DNA from: Lachnospiraceae bacterium
GTDB taxonomy: Bacteria; Bacillota; Clostridia; Lachnospirales; Lachnospiraceae
Direction: 5' to 3'
Assembly: GCA_051879675.1 (NCBI GenBank)
Contig: JBJEML010000039.1
Span: 672-64,671 of the forward strand
DNA: 64,000 bases
Every line of letters starts with the position of its first letter. Within the stretch, counting starts at the first letter, position 1. The translations under genes were made by a program, and so were the position numbers. Shown one piece after another: positions 57,415 through 64,000 of this stretch. The notes below the pieces were generated by a model. The model did no database searches. It was not told the origin of the DNA and saw only the letters and a list, made by a program, of their open reading frames with translations.

Positions 57415-58086
57415 ATGAAACCAATCGCACACATCAAAACCGACTTCCCCACAAAATTCGGCATTCCCAGACAGAGCTGCCTCGCGGAGGAACTGGTGGG
57501 GGAGATCATCTTTGAGCCGGAGTACAGGCAGCCTGAGGCCTTTCGCGGGATAGAGGAATACTCTCACCTGTGGCTGCTTTGGGAGTTTTCCGAGGCAAAA
57601 AGAGAAAACTGGTCTGCCACGGTCAAGCCGCCGAGACTCGGCGGGAAGCAGCGTATGGGCGTGTTTGCGACGCGCTCGCCGTTTCGCCCGAACCCGATTG
57701 GATTGTCGTGCGTGCGGCTTGTGGAACTGCGTTTTGACGAGATGCTGGGCCCGGTGCTTGTGGTGGCAGGCGTTGATCTGATGGACGGGACGCCGATCTA
57801 TGATGTGAAGCCGTATCTGCCGTATGTGGATGCGCATCCCGAAGCCCGGGGCGGTTTTGGCGACCGTGTGAAGGATCATGTGCTGGGAGTCACATTTCCG
57901 GAAGATCTTCTGGCGCGACTGCCGGAGGAAAAACGTGCCGGTGCAATTGCATTTCTGCGTCAGGATCCGCGTCCGGCGGTGCATAAGGATCCGCAGAAGA
58001 TCTACAAGATTGCCTATGCAGGGTATGATATCCATTTTACTGTGAGGGAGGAGTTTTTGTTGGTCGTGGATGTTGTAAGACTGTGA
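57415..58086 (+). CDS. trmO: tRNA (N6-threonylcarbamoyladenosine(37)-N6)-methyltransferase TrmO/TsaA
   Basis: KFGIPRQ, GVFATRSPFRPNPIGLS, DGTPIYDVKPY and QDPRP motifs. Confidence 0.93.
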   Translation: MKPIAHIKTDFPTKFGIPRQSCLAEELVGEIIFEPEYRQPEAFRGIEEYSHLWLLWEFSEAKRENWSATVKPPRLGGKQRMGVFATRSPFRPNPIGLSCVRLVELRFDEMLGPVLVVAGVDLMDGTPIYDVKPYLPYVDAHPEARGGFGDRVKDHVLGVTFPEDLLARLPEEKRAGAIAFLRQDPRPAVHKDPQKIYKIAYAGYDIHFTVREEFLLVVDVVRL

Positions 58087-58151
58087 GCCTGCCGGACGAT
58101 TCCCGAGATGATACATGATGAGATGTGAGAATATGGGATTAAAATGATGAA

Positions 58152-58198
58152 ACACAACATCTAGTGGTTTTAATGAAAAATTTTTCAATATTTTGCAA
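58152..58198 (+). promoter_or_regulatory. Tandem NrdR boxes
   Basis: ACACAACATCTAGTGG (58152) and TTTCAATATTTTGCAA (58183), 31 bp apart, match the acaCwAtATaTwGtg consensus upstream of nrdD. Confidence 0.75.
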
Positions 58199-58327
58199 TT
58201 TGGGTCTTCCATTTTGCAGATAAATCCGTTATAGTAGATAGTGATCAGTGGTAAAGTATGCACCGGATGCCGGAAGAGAGGCAGAGGGTGAATCGATAAC
58301 GCGAAAACAGATGGTGGAGAAAGAACG

Positions 58328-60517
58328 ATGGCGAACTACAAGATTATCAAAAGAGACGGAAAAGAAGTGGATTTTGAGGAGGAGAAGATCGTAAATGCGA
58401 TCTGCAAGGCGAATCATGAGATAGAGGATATTCACAAACTGAGTGATTGCCAGATCCGGGCAATCGCAAATAATGTAAAAAATCAAGTGGCAGAGTCCTT
58501 GCATACGGTCAGTGTCGAGGAGATTCAGGACATGGTCGAGAAGGGCATCATGCAGATGCGCGGCTATGAGGTGGCGCAGAAGTATGTGCGCTACCGCTAT
58601 ACGAGAGAGCTGGCACGTAAGGCAAATTCCACGGATAACGGGATCCTGGCTCTTTTGGAGCGTATCAATGAGGAGGTCAAGCAGGAGAACTCCAACAAAA
58701 ATCCGGTGATCAACTCCACACAGCGCGATTATATGGCAGGCGAAGTCAGCAAGGATCTGAGCAGCCGTATTCTGCTTCCGGAGGAGATCATCCAGGCACA
58801 TAATGAGGGTATCATTCACTTTCATGATATGGATTATTTTGCACAGAAGGAACACAACTGTGATCTGATCAATCTGCAGGACATGCTGGAGAACGGAACC
58901 GTGATCAACGGTACAAAGATTGAGAAACCGCACAGCTTTTCTGTTGCCTGCAATGTGACGACACAGATCGTGGCACAGGTGGCATCCAATCAGTATGGCG
59001 GACAATCGTTTTCACTCGCACATCTGGCACCGTTTGTGGATATTACCCGCCAAAAGATCCGTGCACAGGTTGAGGCAGAGCGCCGTGAATGTGGCGATTC
59101 CATGGATCCGGAGGTGATCAGCAAGGTGACCGAGCATCGTCTCGCACGCGAGATCAAGCAGGGTATTCAGATCATTCAGTACCAGCTCAACACACTCATG
59201 ACATGTAATGGACAGTCACCGTTTGTGACTGTGTTCATGTATCTGGATGAGGTTGAGGAAGGACGTACGCGGGATGATCTGGCGATGATCATTGAGGAGA
59301 CTCTAAAGCAGCGGATGCAGGGTGTCAAGAATGAGAAGGGTGTCTGGATCACACCGGCTTTCCCCAAGCTGATCTATGTGCTGGATGAGGACAACATCCA
59401 TGAGGATTCCAAATACTGGGCACTGACTGAACTGGCCGCAAAGTGTTCCGCAAAGCGTCTGGTGCCGGACTATATTTCCGCAAAGATGATGCGCGAGCTG
59501 AAAAAGGGCAATGTTTATACATGTATGGGCTGTCGCTCTTTCCTCACCGTGGAGGAAAACCAGAAGAACGGGGACGGAAGCTACAAATTTTACGGTCGTT
59601 TTAATCAGGGCGTTGTCACGATCAATCTGGTGGATGTCGCATGTGCTTCCGAAGGCGATATGGATCGTTTCTGGCAGATTCTGGAGGATCGTCTGGAGCT
59701 GTGTCACCGTGCACTGAGGTGCAGACATGAGCGTCTGCTCGGCACGCCCTCTGATGTGGCACCGATCCTGTGGCAGTACGGCGCACTGGCGCGCCTGGAA
59801 AAGGGAGAAGTCATCGACAAGCTGCTCTACGGCGGCTATTCGACGATCTCACTCGGCTACGCCGGACTGTACGAGATGTGTGTGCGCATGACCGGAAAGT
59901 CGCATACAGACCCGGAGGCAAAGCCGTTTGCGCTGGCTGTGATGCAGAAGCTCAACGACAAGTGTGCAGAGTGGAAGGCTGCGGAAAATATCAGCTATTC
60001 CGTGTACGGAACACCGATGGAGTCCACCACCTACAAGTTTGCAAAATGTTTACAGCGCCGTTACGGTATCATCCCCGGCGTGACAGATAAAAACTATATC
60101 ACGAACAGTTATCACGTGCATGTGACCGAAAAGATCGACGCATTCTCCAAACTGAAGTTTGAGTCCGAGTTTCAGAAGCTGTCTCCGGGCGGTGCGATCA
60201 GTTATGTTGAGGTGCCGAACATGCAGCAGAACATCACGGCTGTGCTCGAGGTGATGAAGTATATCTATGACAATATCATGTACGCAGAGTTGAATACAAA
60301 GAGTGATTTCTGCGAGTGCTGTAACTATGACGGCGAGATCAGAATTGTAAAGGATGATGACGGAAAGCTGGTATGGGAATGTCCCAACTGCGGGAACCGC
60401 GATCAGGAGAAGATGTTTGTGGCGCGCCGTACCTGCGGATACATCGGTACGCAGTTCTGGAATCAGGGGCGCACGCAGGAGATTCAGGAGCGCGTGCTGC
60501 ATCTGTCTAACGAATAA
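58328..60517 (+). CDS. nrdD: Anaerobic (class III) ribonucleoside-triphosphate reductase
   Basis: N-terminal ATP-cone (IIKRDG), ENSNK, MGCRSFL, GRFNQGVVTINL, Zn site CECC/CPNC and glycyl-radical loop RTCGYIG. Confidence 0.97.
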   Translation: MANYKIIKRDGKEVDFEEEKIVNAICKANHEIEDIHKLSDCQIRAIANNVKNQVAESLHTVSVEEIQDMVEKGIMQMRGYEVAQKYVRYRYTRELARKANSTDNGILALLERINEEVKQENSNKNPVINSTQRDYMAGEVSKDLSSRILLPEEIIQAHNEGIIHFHDMDYFAQKEHNCDLINLQDMLENGTVINGTKIEKPHSFSVACNVTTQIVAQVASNQYGGQSFSLAHLAPFVDITRQKIRAQVEAERRECGDSMDPEVISKVTEHRLAREIKQGIQIIQYQLNTLMTCNGQSPFVTVFMYLDEVEEGRTRDDLAMIIEETLKQRMQGVKNEKGVWITPAFPKLIYVLDEDNIHEDSKYWALTELAAKCSAKRLVPDYISAKMMRELKKGNVYTCMGCRSFLTVEENQKNGDGSYKFYGRFNQGVVTINLVDVACASEGDMDRFWQILEDRLELCHRALRCRHERLLGTPSDVAPILWQYGALARLEKGEVIDKLLYGGYSTISLGYAGLYEMCVRMTGKSHTDPEAKPFALAVMQKLNDKCAEWKAAENISYSVYGTPMESTTYKFAKCLQRRYGIIPGVTDKNYITNSYHVHVTEKIDAFSKLKFESEFQKLSPGGAISYVEVPNMQQNITAVLEVMKYIYDNIMYAELNTKSDFCECCNYDGEIRIVKDDDGKLVWECPNCGNRDQEKMFVARRTCGYIGTQFWNQGRTQEIQERVLHLSNE

Positions 60518-60531
60518 AAAGGATAACGACC

Positions 60532-61518
60532 ATGAGGATCGCAACCTATCAGGAAATACTGGAAAAAAAATTTAAGAGACAAAAGGAGCTGCTTGCCATG
60601 GGTGCAGAGGTCCATGCGAACGGACACTGCTTTCATTACGGCAGCATCTCCTTTGGATGCAGGGACTGCTTCAGTGGGGAGCAGTCCATTAATTTATTTC
60701 ACGGCACACAGTGTATGTGTCATTGTCCGTATTGTTACTATAACCCTACGCGGGAAGAAATCCTTTTAAACGAAGAGCAGGAAAAAAAGGAGATCGAGTT
60801 CACAAAATATAAGCTGCGTGAACTGGAAAACTATCGTCCTGCAATCGTATCTTTCTGTTCTTCAGGAGAGACTTTACTCTATATCGACACGTTTGAGCGG
60901 TACGCAGCGGAGATCTATCCGCTGATCTATGCAAAAAATATCCATCCGTACACATTTTTATATACGAACGGTATTCTGGCAGATGACGCGATGCTGGAGC
61001 GGCTTCAGCGCATCGGTGTACAGGAGGTGCGTTTTCACTGGTCGGCGAGCGGGTTTTCTGACGCAGTGTATGCGCACATGAAGTGCGCGAAAGCGCGTGG
61101 CATGATCGTCACGGTGGAAGAACCGGCATATCCGCCCAACCGGGAAGCAATTCTGGAGCGACTGCCAATGTTGGAGGAGCTGGGGCTGGATCATCTGGAT
61201 CTGATCGAACTGCACCTGACAGAACATAACCGGGATGCGATGCAAAAGCTGTTTCCGGGAGAAGACTATGCGGCATACAAGGACTATTTTTATCATCTCT
61301 ACGATAACGGAATGACATACGACATCATGGAGGAGTGTATCAGTAAAGGTTATCATTTTTCTGTGATCGACTGCAATTCCGGAGTGGAGCGATGCCGGAA
61401 TCATCTTGATCAGGAAATCTGCTTTTCATGGGATTGCATCGATGGAATGTGCCGACCGTGGGACGAGGGACCGGGATTTACGGCTCGAATGAAAAATGGT
61501 AAGTCTTATCGAAAATAA
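60532..61518 (+). CDS. Radical SAM protein of unknown function (not canonical NrdG)
   Basis: CxxxCxxC (CMCHCPYC) preceded by GCRDC; SSGET, LYTNG and EVRFH motifs; 328 aa. Confidence 0.85.
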   Translation: MRIATYQEILEKKFKRQKELLAMGAEVHANGHCFHYGSISFGCRDCFSGEQSINLFHGTQCMCHCPYCYYNPTREEILLNEEQEKKEIEFTKYKLRELENYRPAIVSFCSSGETLLYIDTFERYAAEIYPLIYAKNIHPYTFLYTNGILADDAMLERLQRIGVQEVRFHWSASGFSDAVYAHMKCAKARGMIVTVEEPAYPPNREAILERLPMLEELGLDHLDLIELHLTEHNRDAMQKLFPGEDYAAYKDYFYHLYDNGMTYDIMEECISKGYHFSVIDCNSGVERCRNHLDQEICFSWDCIDGMCRPWDEGPGFTARMKNGKSYRK

Positions 61519-61601
61519 ATCTCTCAGATCAGTATCTATTTGTAGACAATGAGCAATTCTTCTGATAAAATTAAGACAGAAGAATTAAGAGGAGTGGTAT
61601 A

Positions 61602-63899
61602 ATGAGGCTTGGTTTTGTAATCGCGTACATATTTGTTTCGCTGGCGCTGATCCTGTTTCTTATTCGCGCCATTTATCAGAAGAAAAAAATTACAAGACAT
61701 ATCACGTGGGTGATGGGGTTTGCCTGTATATGCGTATGGGCGAGTATTGCGCAGCTTGTGACAGCGCAGCGTCTGGTTGCTGATATTGCCTATGGAGTGT
61801 TTTTTGTGTCGATTGACTGGCTGTTGGCAGCGATCGTGGGTTTTTGTAACGATTATTGTGAGTCTCATATTGAGCGCTTTGTCAAACCGTGGATTTTTAT
61901 TGCGATCTGTGTGATCGATTCGGTTCAGCTTATGCTCAATCCGCTTCTGCGGCATGCATACACGATGCGCCTTGCGATGAATGGCAGTGAGGGATATTGG
62001 GTTTATGATGCGCTGGGTGCATTTAAGATTCATCTGTTGTGGTCGTATGTGCTGGTTGCGGTGATCTGTGGAATCTTGCTGCAAAAGACGATGAAGATGC
62101 CCGCGATGTACCGACCCAAGTACCGGGACGTATTGTTGATCCTCAGTGCGGTTGTGCTTTTAGATGCGCTGCATCTGGTTTTGGGAACGATCATAGATTT
62201 TTCTGTTCTGGGATTTCAGCTGGCAGCAATTGCGATCTACTACTACGCAGTGGAGTTTATCCCGCGCGCACTTGTGAATAAGACGCTGGGATTGACCGTG
62301 GATGAGATGCTGGACGGCGTGATCATCGCGGATGCAGAGAATCGGGCGATCTATGCGAATGACTGTGTCAAGGAGATGCTTCATCTGGATGTTGCTGTTG
62401 CGGATAATTTCGGGGAGAATTTTGATCGGTGGTGCAGAAAGCACTATCAGTCACCGGAGGAGAATTTCATTTATGACTGGACGCTGGAACAAAAGAACGG
62501 CGAGAAGAGATATCTGAAGGTTCAGTATCGCAGGCTTTTGGACGAGAACGAAAGATATCTGGGTTGTTACCTCAACATACAGGAGCGTACAGACGAGATT
62601 CAGACACTGTTGCAGGAGCGTTATGCCGCAACACATGATTTCCTGACCGGATTATACAATCGCGAATATTTTTATAAGCAGGCGGAGAGATGCCTTCGTC
62701 TTCACCCGGATGAGCGGTATCTGATGATCTGTTCGGATATCCGAAACTTTAAAATGATCAATGAGATTTTTGGAACGGAGGCTGCAGACAAGCTTCTGAT
62801 CGACATGGCAGAAGCGATCCGCAGTCAGGCAATCGGCGGTGAGGTTTACGGACGGCTGGTCAATGACCGTTTTGCATTGATGATGCGAAAGCGTGATTAT
62901 CGCGAGATGAAGCTGGTTGACAAGTCTGCTGAGGTCATGAAGATTGCAAACGATGTTTCCTATCCGTTGAAGGTATATCTTGGTGTATATGAGATTGATG
63001 ATCCGTCATTGCCGATTTCTATGATGTGTGATCGCGCGATGCTGGCGCTTGGCACGATCAAAGGGGATTATCAAAAGCAGGTTGCTTACTATGATGAAAA
63101 GCTTCGCTATAACGTGCTTCAGGAGCAGGAACTGGCGGCAGGGCTTGACCGTGCGATCCGTGAGGGTGAGATTGAACTGTACATCCAGCCGCAGATCACA
63201 GCGAACGGAAAATGTCTGGGCGGCGAGGGACTGGTGCGCTGGAATCATCCTACAAAGGGATTGCTCCTGCCTGCGGCATTTATCGAATCGTTTGAGCGTA
63301 ACGGCATGATTGTCAAGCTGGATCTGCACGTGTGGGAGTTAGCCTGCAGAAAGCTTCGGGAATGGAAGGACAAGGGCTTTGCTGACCGATATATTTCAGT
63401 CAATATTTCGCCGAAGGATTTCTTCTTTGTCGATATTTACAAGGAGTTTACGACATTGGTCGGACGTTACGGCATCAGCCCGAGAAATCTCAAGCTTGAG
63501 ATTACCGAGACAGCAATGATGACAGATCTGCCCAAGCAGCTTGCACTGATCAAAAAATTGCGGGAAGCCGGTTTCATTGTGGAGATGGATGATTTTGGAA
63601 GCGGCTATTCTTCGCTCAATATGTTGAAGGATATCCGGGTGGATGTGCTCAAGATTGACATGGAGTTCCTGCGCCAGAGTGAGAGTGAGGAGCGCAGCCG
63701 GACCATCCTGAAGACAGTCGTTGCCCTGTCCAAGGAGCTTGGCATGCCGGTCATCACAGAGGGTGTCGAGACGAAGGATCATGTGGATTTTCTGACGCAG
63801 ATCGGCTGTGATATCTTCCAGGGCTTCTTCTTTGCGAGACCGATGAAGGTTGAAGAATACGAGAAAAAGTATATGAGCAGTAATGCAGAGACTATGTAA
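61602..63899 (+). CDS. Membrane-bound c-di-GMP phosphodiesterase (7TM, PAS-like, degenerate GGDEF, EAL)
   Basis: Hydrophobic N-terminus; HDFLTGLYNR; GGDEF replaced by VNDRF; EAL domain with EGLVRW, EITE, DDFGSGYSSL and EGVET. Confidence 0.9.
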   Translation: MRLGFVIAYIFVSLALILFLIRAIYQKKKITRHITWVMGFACICVWASIAQLVTAQRLVADIAYGVFFVSIDWLLAAIVGFCNDYCESHIERFVKPWIFIAICVIDSVQLMLNPLLRHAYTMRLAMNGSEGYWVYDALGAFKIHLLWSYVLVAVICGILLQKTMKMPAMYRPKYRDVLLILSAVVLLDALHLVLGTIIDFSVLGFQLAAIAIYYYAVEFIPRALVNKTLGLTVDEMLDGVIIADAENRAIYANDCVKEMLHLDVAVADNFGENFDRWCRKHYQSPEENFIYDWTLEQKNGEKRYLKVQYRRLLDENERYLGCYLNIQERTDEIQTLLQERYAATHDFLTGLYNREYFYKQAERCLRLHPDERYLMICSDIRNFKMINEIFGTEAADKLLIDMAEAIRSQAIGGEVYGRLVNDRFALMMRKRDYREMKLVDKSAEVMKIANDVSYPLKVYLGVYEIDDPSLPISMMCDRAMLALGTIKGDYQKQVAYYDEKLRYNVLQEQELAAGLDRAIREGEIELYIQPQITANGKCLGGEGLVRWNHPTKGLLLPAAFIESFERNGMIVKLDLHVWELACRKLREWKDKGFADRYISVNISPKDFFFVDIYKEFTTLVGRYGISPRNLKLEITETAMMTDLPKQLALIKKLREAGFIVEMDDFGSGYSSLNMLKDIRVDVLKIDMEFLRQSESEERSRTILKTVVALSKELGMPVITEGVETKDHVDFLTQIGCDIFQGFFFARPMKVEEYEKKYMSSNAETM

Positions 63900-63903
63900 A
63901 AGC

Positions 63904-63951
63904 AAAAAACGCTTTTCCGGAGGGGATTTCCCGAGGGAAGAGCGTTTTTTT
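63904..63951 (+). terminator. Rho-independent terminator
   Basis: aaaaaacgcttttcc...ggaagagcgttttttt. Confidence 0.8.
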
Positions 63952-64000
63952 GCATATTTTTTCGGGATTCCTTTACGTCCTTTTTACAGTAATTTTACCA

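Noticed and set aside
55253-58263. Long minus-strand ORFs (448 aa and 387 aa)
   Set aside because: Antisense shadows of the GTPase and trmO genes, with no recognisable motifs or RBS.
1-64000. rRNA, tRNA, prophage, IS or integrase
   Set aside because: No cloverleaf or rRNA-like segments and no phage, transposase or recombinase motifs were recognised.

Overview
This 64 kb window is core-chromosome DNA from a Firmicute, most likely Lachnospiraceae (inferred from gene content, Clostridia-type RBS/promoters and the FabT/FabK fatty-acid cluster). It is gene-dense and mostly + strand. In order it carries: a LacI-regulated sugar/polyol operon (FGGY kinase, Zn dehydrogenase, PfkB kinase, aldo-keto reductase); a hybrid kinase-response regulator pair; a frameshifted membrane-protein remnant; an EamA transporter; a cobalamin riboswitch controlling a lipoprotein CbiK, a tandem NEAT-like lipoprotein and a BtuFCD-like ABC system; a hypothetical gene with a sigma28-like promoter; a two-gene HTH/HipS-like + HipA/HipT-like kinase module (candidate toxin-antitoxin system, the strongest novelty lead); a second hybrid kinase; fucI-fucU; potAB-potCD; a ycsG-pxpB-pxpC-accB-accC-pxpA cluster; a ProX-like editing factor; a GH2 beta-glucuronidase/GPH permease/uxuA locus; gap-pgk-tpiA; a FASII operon with three FabT boxes but no accB/accC; a TetM-like GTPase-NYN fusion; trmO; nrdD followed by a non-NrdG radical SAM gene; and a membrane EAL phosphodiesterase. 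Two ~190-200 nt highly structured intergenic elements are present. I found no rRNA, tRNA, CRISPR array, transposase or integrase. All calls come from motif recognition by eye; no database search was run.
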